NCBI RefSeq assembly: GCF_006345805.1
Contig: NC_043000.1
Coordinates: 75,516,001 to 75,580,000 of the forward strand
Direction of reading: 5' to 3'
Length of the DNA stretch: 64,000 nucleotides
Origin: Octopus sinensis
Lineage: Eukaryota
The stretch's first letter is position 1. Each line of letters begins with the position of its first letter. This document shows, one piece after another, positions 45,884-58,355 of the stretch. The notes under the pieces are model-generated. The model had not been told where the DNA came from. It was given only the letters and a program-made list of their open reading frames with translations, and made no database searches. Position numbers and translations under genes: made by a program.

Positions 45884-46030
45884 AAGACCTATTAAAATCA
45901 TAATTCTAAATCTAATAAAAGAATGATGATATATAGTAGTGTGACTTGGGCCTTGGATGCAGAGAATTTGAGATGGTTAGAAATAAATGAGGCAAGTATG
46001 TCCTGCCAGATGTATGTCAGTTTTGGTTGA
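42620..46030 (+). mobile_element. Very old RTE LINE interrupted by a hAT element
   Basis: IIRVCDRITKFKLV; LAFVNLEKAFDRI. The C-terminal part resumes after 45510. Confidence 0.7.
44201..45510 (+). mobile_element. Internally deleted hAT transposon retaining a C-terminal dimerisation-domain remnant; carries a SINE fragment at about 45260-45325
   Basis: LSKLALTLLILPHIHTDVKRIFSHM resembles the hAT motif LP.SNA..ER.FS. Imperfect TIRs cagtattgccga / ttgacaaccttg. Confidence 0.65.
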
Positions 46031-46099
46031 ATTACAGTGTGTAGCAGAGGAAAGTATTGTGTAACCTTTCCTAATGAGTTATCTAGTGAAGGAAAGGTC

Positions 46100-46348
46100 T
46101 ACTGGTAATTTCAAATCTAGGCTACTTGCACATCTTTATCTAAAATTATTTGGAAATTGAAAAAGGATTTAGTTAACTACAATATCGAATGGTTAATTGC
46201 TCAACATGCAAAACCCTATAGTGATTATAATAATAGGTGTTCATTATGCATTACAGAAATTATGATGATCATGTACAGTGAGGACAACTCTCTTAATAGA
46301 TTTGATGAATTTATGAGATGTAAACATAAATTACACCACAAACCCTAA
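46100..46348 (+). mobile_element. Penelope-like element 3' coding end (GIY-YIG C-terminus)
   Basis: TSLSKIIWKLK...YNIEW....AKPY....RCSLCITE.....LNR..E....CKHK. Confidence 0.7.
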
Positions 46349-47649
46349 TTCCCATTTAACATTACTAGTTAATTCCACCTCATTTGTTGTTAAAAAAATT
46401 CACATTCCTTCTCTAGATAACCTGTGTATGCACAGATTACATAACACTTTCATCTGCTAAAAACCCTTATTCTTGTGAAGCAATTTCTGTCAATTCCTAT
46501 TTACTTGTAGTTACTGAAAATTTTATAAGGAACCTTGCCTCAAGTTCTGTACTTTATCTATTTAACATTATTTAGCATAATTATGTTTCCTGGTAGACTT
46601 TTCATCTAATTTTATTAACTGGTATATTAAATGGATTCTAAATTACCAAGTAGCAATGTTGGGATCTGGCTGAGATTAGTATGCTCCCCACATCTTTTGC
46701 ACCTGATTGCCATGTTACTTTCAAACTCCTACTACCTATATGTTTTCATGTTTTGCTTTTCAACATATCCAACCTTACATATACATATTGTGCATATGAA
46801 TTTATGCGTTTATAACTATCTCATTTTAGATTTTTTGTTGCATAATTTCTCATTTCTGTTGTTACCTTTAATTTACTTCCAGCATATGTCTGTATGTTTG
46901 TGTGTGTTTACATATACACTTGTTATTATACCCTTATTTTAATATTGTACAATTGTATTCGTCCATAGAGATTTACCTATATCTACAGTATATTTTATTC
47001 TTTTATTTTTCCTGCATGTGATGGGCATAAATATACATATTTGTATATTGGGCCATATGTATATAGCTGTATGTATACACACACACACACACACATATAT
47101 ATATGTATATTTGTTTACATGTTTATGTGTGCCCATAATTATAGGTTTATAGTGATATGCTTTGTAAGCGTGTCTATGTAGTTTCTCTTTGTGTGTGTGT
47201 GTGTGCATGGACTAGTGTATCCATGTGTGTACATATAAGTAACTACTCTCAACTACTTTGTCTTTATTCTTTTTTCCCTCTTACCTGTTCCTCCTCCCAC
47301 CACCTGATATGAGCGTTTATGACTCATCTATCCTTAGCAATATATATCCCAGCTTTTGGTGTGCTGACTGCCCATTAATGAGATGCAGTCATTACTGCAG
47401 CCACTACAATAATTTGAGTATGCCGATAATGAAATGAAACTACACCCTATCTCACAAGGTGATTAGTGAATAAGGCACACCATTGGTTCTTTACTAATTC
47501 CAATCTTCACTCCCATTTTTTAAATTCTTTCCAGTAGCCTTGCTTCCTTGAGCATTCTCCATTATCTTCAACTAAACAGTTGTATGTATCTGATGAAAAG
47601 GTACACCGAATAGTTTAATATACATATAAAAAGGGGAGTTGACAATATA

Positions 47650-49053
47650 ATGAAGGTAATGAAGGTTACGGAGAGGGCCATAGCCCAACTAATTAGAGAG
47701 AGAGTTAGTTTAGATGAGATGCAGTTTGGGTTCGTGCCAGGGAAAAGTACCACTGATGCCATATTCCTGGTAAAACAGCTGCAGGAGAAATATCTAGCCA
47801 AAGATAAGCCCCTGTACCTGGCTTTCGTTGACATGGAGAAAGCCTTCGACAGGGTCCCCCGATCCCTTATCTTGTGGTCAATGAGGAAACTAGGGATAGA
47901 TGAATGGTTAGTGAGAGCTGTGCAAGCCATGTACAGGGACAGTGCTAGTAAGGTGAGGGTTGGCAACGAGTACAGTGAACAATTCCGGGTAGAGGTAGGG
48001 GTCCACCAAGGTTCAGTCCTCAGCCCCCTCCTATTTATCATAGTCCTCCAGGCAATAACGGAGGAATTCAAGACAGGATGCTCCTGGGAGCTCCTCTACG
48101 CTGAGGACCTTGCTCTAATTGCTGATTCACTATCAGAACTGGAGGAGAAGTTTCAGGTGTGGAAGCAAGGATTAGAATCGAAGGGCCTTAGAGTCAACCT
48201 AGCTAAAACCAAAGTCCTAATAAGTAGGAAGGTAGACAAGTCACAAAAGCCTTCAGGTAGATGGCCCTGCTCGATCTGTAGAAAAGGCGTAGGTAGAAAC
48301 TCTATAAGATGCACCAAGTGTAAGCTAAGGACACATAAGAGGTGCAGCAATGTCAAAGGAAGGCTAACTAGGAAAATAGTTTTTGTATGTGGCAGATGCT
48401 CAGGAGCAATCAACACTGAAAATGCGCAGAGACCAACTTCCGCCACATTCCAGGGAGAAAAACTAGAAATAGTTGATAGCTTCTGTTACCTAGGTGACCA
48501 AGTCAGTAGCGGGGGCGGGTGTGCTGAAAGTGTAACTGCTAGAGTAAGAATAGCCTGGGCAAAGTTCAGAGAGCTCTTACCTCTGCTAGGGACAAAAGGC
48601 CTCTCGCTCAGAGTAAAAAGCAGACTGTATGACGCATGTGTACAAACAGCCATGCTACATGGCAGTGAAACATGGACCGTGACTGCTGAGGATATGTGTA
48701 AGCTCGCAAGAAATGAAGCCAGTATGCTCCAAGGGATGTGTAATGTCAGTGTTCATACTCAACAGAGTGTAAGTACCTTGAGAGAAAAGTTGGACCTGAG
48801 AAGCATCAGTTGTGGTGTGCAAGAGAGACGTTTGTGCTGGTATGAGCATGTGGCGAGAATGGATGAAGATAGTTGTGTGAAAAAGTGCCACACCCTGGCG
48901 GTTGAGGGAACCTGTGGAAGAGGTAGACCCAGGAAAACCTGGGACAAGGTGGTGAAGCACGACCTTCGAACTTTAGGTCTCACCGAGGAAATGACCAGAG
49001 ACCGAGACCTTTGGAAGTATGCTGTGCATGAGAAGACCCGGCAGGACAAGTGA
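47650..49053 (+). pseudogene. RTE RT, PHD-like finger and C-terminal region; catalytic motif YAED
   Basis: ORF track 47650-49053; WELLYAEDLAL. Confidence 0.85.
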
Positions 49054-49245
49054 GACCATAACCCGTGGCCTCAGTCCACTTATGCATACCTTTCCTTCTT
49101 GGGACACAAAACTCTACTTGTGAAGACCTGTTGAGGCAAGTGAAAATCAAAATCAAAATCGATCAACATCAATGGAAATTGTAGCTGTGATACCAGTGCC
49201 GGTGGCACATGAAAGCACCATCCGATCGTGGCTGTTTGCCAGCCT
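47655..49245 (+). mobile_element. 5'-truncated, relatively young RTE LINE
   Basis: Continuous 467-aa ORF plus a 3' UTR containing one copy of the 67-bp unit. The GAT tail is absent. Confidence 0.9.
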
Positions 49246-49419
49246 CGTCTGGCCAGGATTAAAGGGGCAAAAGAAGGATGGGTGTTATGAAAATGATTTG
49301 TTGGGAAAGCTTGACAGGTGCAAGAGCATAGACGTAAACGATATGCTTTTAGGGCATAATTTTTGCTGAGATAGGTGGGTCTTCTCAAATATGGCAAATC
49401 ACCAATCAAATAGGTCCTT

Positions 49420-50270
49420 TGTCATCCACTCTGTGAGACTGAAGGACAGCCTTCACTATTTTGAGCCATGTCTTCCTGGATCATCCTCTTCTACAAGTAT
49501 CATCATCTATATTTAATGATCAGCACTCCTTTATTCAGCTGTCATCATTCATATACATCACATGACCATACCTGTGCAGTCTTCTTTGTTGAACACTACA
49601 TCTGATAACTCTTATACCCACTTTTTTTCTCAACACATTTGCATGCTGATGAACAACCACACTGATGTTGCACAAGCAGCAGAGTGGCTAGCTTCATTTC
49701 TTTCAAGCCTTCACATGTCTTTTGCATTCACAGCCCACATTTCACTATCATTTAGCATTACTGTTGTACACAAGCGTCATACAGTTTGCCTTTCACTCTG
49801 GGAGTTAAGAACATCCATGCTTTCACAACATCCTCTTCCACTACTAATTAGGTTACCTAGGCAACAGATGCTATCTCCTACCTCAAAGGACCCTCCTGAG
49901 CATATGAGAAAATCTAATTCCTGTATATTCTGTGTTTATTTTTCTTGTAGTTTTGCCCCTCACAAAAACTACTTTCTCTGCTAACCTTCCTGTGTTTCAA
50001 CTGCACTTATGTGTCCACAACCTGCATTGGGTACTCAATATGGAATTTCTACCAACACCTTTCTTATGTATCAAACAGGATCATTTTCCAGAAGGGATTA
50101 GTGGTTTGCTTGCTTTCCTAATTACTGTAACTTTGGTTGTTGCTAAGTTAACTTTAATGCCCTTTGATTTCAGATTTTGTTTCCACACTTGGGATTTCAT
50201 TTGTAATTCTATTACAGATTCATATAAGAACAACATCATTGGTATAGAGGAGCTTCCATAAGTAACCAGT
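49420..50270 (-). mobile_element. Old RTE LINE C-terminal fragment
   Basis: The reverse complement matches the RTE segment from the YADD region through the finger to the C-terminus. Confidence 0.7.
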
Positions 50271-50825
50271 TTTATAGTCCTCGGTTATGGCCTAGAGGAC
50301 TATGCTAAACAGGAGCCATCCAAGCCTGTACATGGCTTGGATGGCTCTCACAATCACTCATTTACTCTTAGCTTCTGCAGTGACCACCAGATGAATGAGC
50401 ACGGGAATATATGTATGTATGTATGCATGTATGCATGCATGCATATATACATACATACATACACCATTCTTTATTCTTTTATTCTTTTACTTGTTTCAGT
50501 CATTTTGACTGCAGCCATGCTGGAGCACCGCCTTTATACACCATATATACTTATGTAAAAGTAGAATGCTTTAGACCATTTTTTCAGGTCAAATTTATGA
50601 GATCGACTATTACATGGATACTACTTTTGAGGGACTGAAATTCAAGCTAGAATCTGAAGTACCATATCAGCAGCAAAAGCCCAACTGATCTCTAAGTGAA
50701 TAAAAACAACAACACAATGAATTACAGTAATATTACCAATTCTATACATCAAAACACGTGTCCTAGCTCTTATGTGCAGTTACCAGTAAATGTTCATAAT
50801 GTGGTGTAGAGTTGTTAATCTGGAG

Positions 50826-50944
50826 CAGGGATTCTCAAAATGTGTTCCGCAAAACCCCAGGGTTCCCTGAAAGTTATTAGGGGTTCCACATTTTAAAAAA
50901 TAATGTCGAAGGATTCTGTGGCAAAAAAAGTTTGGTAACCACTG
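50826..50944. mobile_element. Small hAT-Charlie-type MITE (a second right end at 51142)
   Basis: TIRs cagggattctcaaa / tttggtaaccactg; imperfect 8-bp TSD atctggag / atctagcg, close to the Charlie NTCTAGAN target. Confidence 0.6.
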
Positions 50945-51740
50945 ATCTAGCGATTAACTAAATGTTTTTAAGTTCACGGAAGTCATGTCTCTGTACGAAT
51001 TCATACAGTGGTGCTTGCTGTTGTTCACCGATAGTGCTGTCTGTGAAACACGTTTTTCACCATGTAAACAGATGAGTGTATGATGCATGTGCTTATTGTA
51101 TTTGGAGATGAGGAAAATGTAAAGGTTATGAGGGAACCACTGATCTAGTGATTAATTGAAAGCTTTTAGGCTTACCAAAGTCATGCCTTTGTACAAATTC
51201 AAACAGTGGCATTTGCCAGTGTTTGCCAATAGTGCTGTCTGTGAAACATGTTTCTCACCATGTAAACAACAAGTGTATGGTGCATGTGTTTATTGTGCTT
51301 CAAGATGTATGCAGGCTCGCAGCATATCCTGTGCATACATTTTAGTAATGTAGCACCCATCAACAGATGTGTAGTGCTCACTATTATAAGCACTGAGCAT
51401 TCCATTATAAGCACCAAGCATTCCACCTAAAGATCAGGCTACAACAAGGTAGCCACACAATTTTGTAACAGTGTTATTTCTATGTACAAAATGATATAGT
51501 ACCTTGGCCCACAAATGTTGTCCTGTTCACAAATACTAGGGTTGACTTTTATACAGGGTCTATGGAAAATTTTGCTTTTTGGCCCAAAATAGCGGGTTGA
51601 ACTTTTACATGAGATCAAGTATATACGGTCATCCAAAATTGCGAGGATGATCTGGTTCTTGACTAAAGATTAGAGGCTTCAAATGACCCGTCCGTTTTTT
51701 GAATGTTTTGCGTTCTTGTCCCATTTTGTATTTTTATATA

Positions 51741-51841
<101 letters not shown>

Positions 51842-52065
51842 AAATATGGGAGTTTAGTTCACAGGTGTTCTAAACGACTAGGTATGCTAGGTAAAAGCTG
51901 TAATGGATTACTAGGGCTCCAAGGTTATAGCCAAGGCAGTAGATATGGAGTCATTGCAGATTTCGCATATAGCAGATATATAATTGTTAAAGAGGACAAC
52001 AAGCGTTAAGGCAAGGCAAACATTTCAAGTCATATACATTATTATTATTGGAAAAAAGATTCAAA

Positions 52066-52104
52066 GTCTTGCAGCTGTTCCTGGGCTATTCCATCATCGG
52101 AGAC
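52066..52104 (-). ncRNA. Degenerate minimal hammerhead ribozyme
   Basis: gtct-CCGATGA-tggaatagccca-GGAAC-AGCT-GCA-agac. Stem I is perfect; the core has substitutions. Confidence 0.45.
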
Positions 52105-52435
52105 AGATAGGGAAAATGAGAAGGGTATAGATTAATGAAATGACAACATAGAGGACAGAAGTAAAGGAATAAGATGAAGAAAGAGAAGGAAAAAAAGAAC
52201 CATAAAAGTTCACAGTTAGGCTTTCTGATCTTGTAGAAATAAGCACATTTACACTATCAGGACTTTAACCCACGTGGATTTACGCAGGATTACACCTTTA
52301 TTTCTACAAGTTCGGAAAGTTGAACTGTGAACTTTTGTTTCTTTTTTCTTCTCTTTCTTTCATCTCATTATTCCTTTTCTCCTGTCCTCTATGTCATCAT
52401 TTCATTAATCTATACCCTTCTCATTTTCCCTGTTT

Positions 52436-52474
52436 GTCTCTGATGACGGGATATCCCCAAAACAGCTGTAAGAT
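52436..52474 (+). ncRNA. Degenerate minimal hammerhead ribozyme (mirror copy)
   Basis: gtct-CTGATGA-cggg-atat-cccc-AAAAC-AGCT-GTA-agat. G12>A; palindromic stem-III loop. Confidence 0.55.
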
Positions 52475-52587
52475 TTGAATTTTTTTTCCAATAATAATAA
52501 TAATAATGTATATGACTTGAGATGTTTGCCTTGCCTTAATGTTTGTTGTCCTTTTTAACAATTACACATGTATATATATATGTATAT

Positions 52588-52955
52588 AGGCACAGGCATG
52601 GGTGTGTGGTAAGAAGCTTGCTTCCCAACCACATGGTTCCAGGTTCAGTCCCACTGCATGACACATTGGATAACCAAAACCTTGTGAGTAGACAGAAACA
52701 GAAAGAAGCCCATCATATATGTGTGTATTTGTGTGTTTGAGTTTGTGTCCCCCCCCCCCCCGCCATTGCTTGACAACTGATGCTGGTGTGTTTATGTCCC
52801 CCATAACTTAGCAGTTCAGCAAAAAAGACCAATAGAATAAGTACTATGTTTACAAAGAATAAGTGCTGGGGTTGATTTCTTCAACTAAAACTTATTAAGG
52901 TAGTACTCCAGCATGGCCACAGTGAAATAACTGAAACAAATAAAAGAATAAAAGA
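52588..52955 (+). mobile_element. tRNA-derived SINE (OR-type), nearly full length
   Basis: ggttcagtccc B box, internal microsatellite, tail ctgaaacaaataaaagaataaaaga. Confidence 0.8.
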
Positions 52956-53299
52956 ACATGTACATATTGATTTGTTTTTCTGATCTCTTGAGTTGCTGTA
53001 CCTATTTGCCTTTTGATCAATTTCCTTAGGAATTCCTTTGTACATGTTTTGTTTTTAGCTGCCATATCATAGAATTTTGTTTGTGACTGCTGATGCATGA
53101 TGCTAAGTATGAAAAAAAACCTTTAGCAGTAAAGACTACAAAAATTCAATTCTTGAAATGTCAGACATGGATTTAGGAACACTATCGCTTCAGACAAACC
53201 ATAAAAAGTTAATAAAAAATATGCAAAAACTAAAATAAAAAAGAAATAAACTTGAATATAGTTGGTGTTTTTAATCAATGTGTGTGTGTGCGTACACAC

Positions 53300-55620
53300 A
53301 TTTATGTAAAGACAGAATAGCCATAGCAATTCTTTTCTTAAATTAGAAGTATTTTTAATCCCATATTTTTTATTTAAGAAAAGTAATGCTCTGGCTGGCT
53401 GTTCAGCCTTTACTGTTCTATAAAATATTTGAATGAAAGATCTCCATTTCCAAAAAGCTTCAATGATTGCAAATGCTTTCTTCTTTTCAATTTAGTTAGA
53501 GAGAGAAAGCTGATGATCTATGCTTTTCAGGATCTCTGAAGCAGGTGGAGGAAGAGAGGACATTATAGCCAAAAAGGAGACCTAGCCTGAATGCTTGCAA
53601 CAGGTGAACTTCACTAAAGGCAACCAAGGACTAATTGGGTGTTAAACTGAGTAAGTTTACCACCCATACTTCTAGCTCCTTGGCAGGTTGTTTTCATTCA
53701 GTTTGCAAGAATGCAATTGACTCATATTATGGAGAAAGCAACATACAACTGGCTGTACTAGAAGCATATAACTGAAGAATTAAGTCTTTTATCATTTGGT
53801 GTGGCTAGATATGCTGTGGCAGCATCTGCCTTTAAAATGGAAAATAACTTTTAAGAGCCCTTACATCCAACTGAAATAATTTTTCTTATGAAATCGAGAA
53901 AGGTTGACTTTATACAAGTAATTTTTAGCTCATTTAACATTGTAAGCAAAAAAGATGTCAAAACTGAGGAAATATGGTTGGTATATGAAAATCCATCAAA
54001 TGCCTCAGGGCCAGATTACTTGCTACAATTTTCAATGGTGTGACTTAAGCAAAGCAGTTTCCTTATCACCAATACATGTCATAACTGAATGTAAAATTTC
54101 TTTAGCAACAATTTTAAAAAACAATCAGATTTGAATTATGTTCCTCCTGTATCACATCATCAATTATCTCATTAAGATAAAGAGGTACTTTCTTGATTTA
54201 TACTTCTCAATTTTTGGGACTACATTTGTAACGCCAATGCCCAATCAACAAAATTGGTAAAGATTCTCATAAGCATTAAATGTAGTAAGGACTTTATTTT
54301 CAATTTTGAATTTATATTTGATAACATGTTGATTTCATGTTTATATCATACAAAATATCTTGTGTAATTGTATCCAAAATGTGTGAAATTTGACTGGTGA
54401 CTGCTGTTGCTGCTGCCATCTGCAGTTATTTTCAGCTTAAGAAGCAGAGAAATAGGGTTTACTAAGAAATAGAAGAGGGGAAGAAATTTCCCTCAAGGGG
54501 AGTGAATTGTTGAGAGAGAGATTTTATTTTTATTTTTTATATACTTATTTTATTATGTAAGTAGATATTTCTATACAATTCATTCTTATTTTTTATGTTT
54601 TGGTTGTCCTAGTAGATGCATGTATTAGAAATGTTGATGATATTTGAAGATAGATAGGCATTAAGTTGGGGGGAATCTATTGCCAATTTGGGCATAATCT
54701 ATTGCCAATCATAGTTTGTTAGTTCCTGTGACAAGAACTTGTGCATTTCATGGAAAATGAGAAGGCTCAATTAAACCTTCTTTTATGGAAGATTGACTTC
54801 CATATAGATGATTTCAAAATCTGTTGAAGATAGGTTGCATAATTTAATACACTTTGGTTGATAAGAAAATTAGAAAATATGGAAAGTGGGTCAATCTTCA
54901 TTACTGAAAAAAAGAAAATAGTACAGCATTAATGTGTAAGATATCATAAATAGTAGTTTTGGTCATTCTCTTCTAGGATCCATCTTTATTGGCTGGTAAT
55001 GAGCTAAGAAACTCGTTTTTACAATTAGTTGTGTTTCAGGTACAAACTACCTTCTGTTGTACATTTTAATTTTGACATTGGATTTGTATTCTAATATCAA
55101 TGTAATCATATATAGTAAAAGGAGAATAGTCCTCAAACTCCATAGTAGACTAATGATAAATTACATACAGTTACAATGAAGCAAACAATTCCTTTGCAAT
55201 AAAACTGTTTGTTGATCCAAAATCAGTCAAGGTACAAAGAGAATTTCTATAATTTATTTTGATTGTTTCAGATGCTGATAACGTAGCTGATTGAGAGGCT
55301 GCACAAAATAAAGTCCTTTCATCATCTTGGTTCCGATCCAATGCTGTTTATCTTACAAAGTGAATAAGATTTCCTTGGATGAAGATGAAGACCAAAGACT
55401 TGGCATGGAATTGTATGAGAAATATTTCACTGATCACACCTGAATTGACTTATATCAAAATGTGCTAGTTTCTGGTACCTAAATCTGCCTTACCATTAGA
55501 GTTGGGTTTTGTTGCTGCTAGTGTAGATGAAAATTCATTTAAATAAGATATGAGTAGTAGTAATCAACTGAATTCTTAATGACCCTGGCTAAATAGAGGC
55601 TTCTAAGCAGGTATCACTTA
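53300..55620 (-). mobile_element. Possible highly decayed L1/Tx1-like LINE remnants
   Basis: Faint motifs only: KPNSNGKADLGTRN, and a zf-RVT-like RLCPN...HQHF. Confidence 0.3.
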
Positions 55621-56559
55621 TCCGACTCAAGTGGACATGCTCAAACAACTTCACAAGGTGCATCCTTTATGATACACATGAGCAAGTTGTGGGATTCCAG
55701 TGTGTTTATATTTCTAAATTATTTTGAAACATTTAGAATAATCAACTGTATCATCAGATTTCTGTTTACATGCCTTGCAAAAACAACAGTCTTATAAATT
55801 GAGCCTCCAGAGGAGCTACAGCTCAACAATCTACGCTTTAATTCTAATAAAGGAACAAATAAATCTGAGGCAGCACATATGAGGCCTCCAGCAGTTAGGG
55901 TTGGCAATATGTCTGCACCTATATGTACAGGCCTGGACAAGTTTTTTTATTTCTTTTCTTCTGTGGATGACTCTTAGTTGGCCTTGCATATGACTTTCCC
56001 TCTGGATGCAACCAATGTTGCTCAAGGGAAAGGCCATGATTTTTAAGACCAACACAAATTGAAACTAGTGTCATTGCATCTGACACTCTAATAGGTCCAT
56101 GAATCTACAGCCTTGGATTGGTACCTTTTTACTGACCCACAGAAGAATGAGAGACAAAGTTGACCTTGGAACTTAAAGTGCAGAGAGTCAGAACAAAAAC
56201 TGCAAAGCATTCTATCCAATGACTTTAACAGTATATAACCCAAATCTAGCATGTTTTAGATTAATTTGCTCTTTTGTTCAAATCAAAATATTCTAATTAT
56301 GCACCCCATCTCCATTTTAATACTGAAGCATCCTCTATCAAGTTTTTGGGCTTAAAACATTTTTACAACCATTTCAAAGATTCTAAACAGTTCATTAGGG
56401 GAGATTTAATTGCTGTACTAAGCAGATCAAGAGAATACTGCTATTGTTTAGTATGGAATGATTCCAGAAGCCTCAGCTTTATCGATGCCTTGTGATAGAA
56501 ATTTGGTGAATGGAAATTTTGAAGAAACCCATCATGTATCAATTTAACTTTCTTTCTCT

Positions 56560-57175
56560 CTATACACACACACACATATCCTACTCCCTCACTTCCCCTA
56601 TCTCATGCATCATTGGCCATCAACCATTCACTACATCCATCTTTCAACTCCATACAATCTTCAGAGTGGTTACCTACCTCTCAACACCTCACCTTTATCC
56701 CATCTCTTCCTCTACATGTACTTTCATGCAATCCTCACCTATCCACACTCCTGGTTGCTCTGTCCCATTTCTACTCACCTCACACCTTGGGTGTCCACCC
56801 TGATACCTCATCATTATTATTTACATCCTAATCACTCCAACATTCTCTACCAAAAAGTGAGTAAGCATATAGCCCCTCTGGAGCAAGAAACCTCTTCTGC
56901 TCTTGCCCATTGACTCACTTTTACTCCTTCATCTCCTGGTATAAAACTGCACCTTTAGGATTCATAGTCTTGAAAGCTACATGGCGAGCTCACTAGTGCC
57001 GGTGACTAAAAAAAAGTACCTTGTACACACTGTGAAGTATTAGTATCAGGAATAGTGTCCATCCATAGAAATTATGCCAAAGCAGACACTGGAGTATGAT
57101 AGAGTCCTTGGGAACATCAGATCTCAAACCATCCAACCCATGCCAGTATGGAATATGGATGCTAAATGATGATAT
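56560..57175 (+). mobile_element. Non-autonomous element with an RTE-type 3' tail ending in (GAT)n
   Basis: gccaaagcagacactggag...ccaacccatgccagtatgg...gctaaatgatgat; related to 24910-25680. Confidence 0.55.
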
Positions 57176-57349
57176 ATATATATATGTATATATGTTAATA
57201 TTGAACACTGAGAATGAGAGCAACACCACATTGATGTACAAATATACTTTATTCGTGGGTTAATAGGGCAGCTAACAGTTATATGCAAAGATTTTTTCAT
57301 ATGAAACCACTGGTTGCCTTATTAACCCACAAATAAAGTGTATGTGTGT

Positions 57350-57484
57350 GTGTGTGTGATAAGAAGCTTGCTTCCTAAGATGGTTCTGAGTTCAGTCTCA
57401 CTGTGTGGCACTGTGGGTGTCTTCTACTATAGAATATGTACCAGGCTTAAAAAGGGAATTTAATGACTGAAATAAGTAAAAGAT
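57350..57484 (+). mobile_element. Internally deleted OR-type SINE
   Basis: aagaagcttgcttcc...gagttcagtctcactg...tgactgaaataagtaaaaga. Confidence 0.65.
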
Positions 57485-57654
57485 AGTATATATATATATA
57501 GACAGATTTAGATATACATACATATATATATAGATAGATAGATTTAGATATATATATAAGTGATGCATACATACACACATATATATATATATGGATACAG
57601 ACATATATAAGCGATGCGACTGCGTGTGTATGGTTGGCGATTTTTTTTTCCTAT

Positions 57655-57689
57655 GTTTCCGACGAAGAGCTCTGCTCGAAACGTTAAAC
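57655..57689 (+). ncRNA. Minimal hammerhead ribozyme motif
   Basis: gttt-CCGACGA-A-gagc-tct-gctc-GAAACGT-T-aaac. Stems I and II are perfect; U4>C; palindromic ACGT stem III. Confidence 0.55.
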
Positions 57690-57796
57690 CCTCCTTCTTT
57701 CCTTAGTGTCCAAATATTACTATATTTGTTCCACGTCCTTGTGTTGTTGTGCTTTCATGTTTGGATTAACTTTATATATATATATATATATATGTA

Positions 57797-58124
57797 TGTA
57801 GGATTTCTTCCTCTTTGTTTTAAAAAATGTATATGTAAGGAAACAAGGAAAGCATCCGAATAATATATACAACTCTTTATTCGGGTATATTGTGAAATGT
57901 ACATTTTGGTCAGTCAGCAACCACACAGCAAATCTGGAGTTAATCAAAAACACGTCTACAGTGTTCAACGGCTGCGTCCCGAGTCTCCGCTGCAAGCAAG
58001 GAACACGACAGAACTTTTTCCGTCAGTCTTTTAGTGCATGTGCATGAGGGAACCTTCGCAGGCCTTCTAGAAGATTCCAACCCCGCACGTGCGCACTGAA
58101 AACTGTCAAGATGATGTCACTACA
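57797..58124 (-). repeat. 3' LTR (328 bp)
   Basis: tgtagg...cactaca; direct repeat of 62986-63306. Confidence 0.95.
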
Positions 58125-58127
58125 AGG

Positions 58128-58136
58128 CTCCCCCTC
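58128..58136 (-). promoter_or_regulatory. Polypurine tract
   Basis: GAGGGGGAG, 3 nt upstream of the 3' LTR. Confidence 0.8.
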
Positions 58137-58355
58137 AAGAGTGGAAGCACGAAACAAAACAAAAAAATTGTAGTGGCTCCAGAAAATAAGGTAGCTACCA
58201 AATCACCAAAAACATGTGGCCCACAACATGACAACACAAAATAAAATTTACAACACAAAGAAGCATGCACCAAAGAAAGAGAAAAACTACAAAAAAAAAA
58301 ACAAAACAAAGTTCAATAAGTATTGTAACTGTCACTGGAAACACAATTGAGAATG

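Larger units (their letters stand above)
51981..52564. repeat. Fold-back palindrome of about 585 bp
   Basis: taattgttaaagaggacaacaagcgttaaggcaaggcaaacat / atgtttgccttgccttaatgtttgttgtcctttttaacaatta. The arms pair inward to about 52285 / 52305. Confidence 0.92.

Noticed and set aside
45853-45920. Poly(A) run plus about 40 bp inside an RTE remnant as a retro-insertion
   Set aside because: The A-run is on the wrong side for a plus-strand insertion, and there is no convincing TSD.
51530-51630. Tc2-like terminus (...tatatacgg) with subterminal repeats
   Set aside because: No matching opposite end was found, so boundaries cannot be supported.
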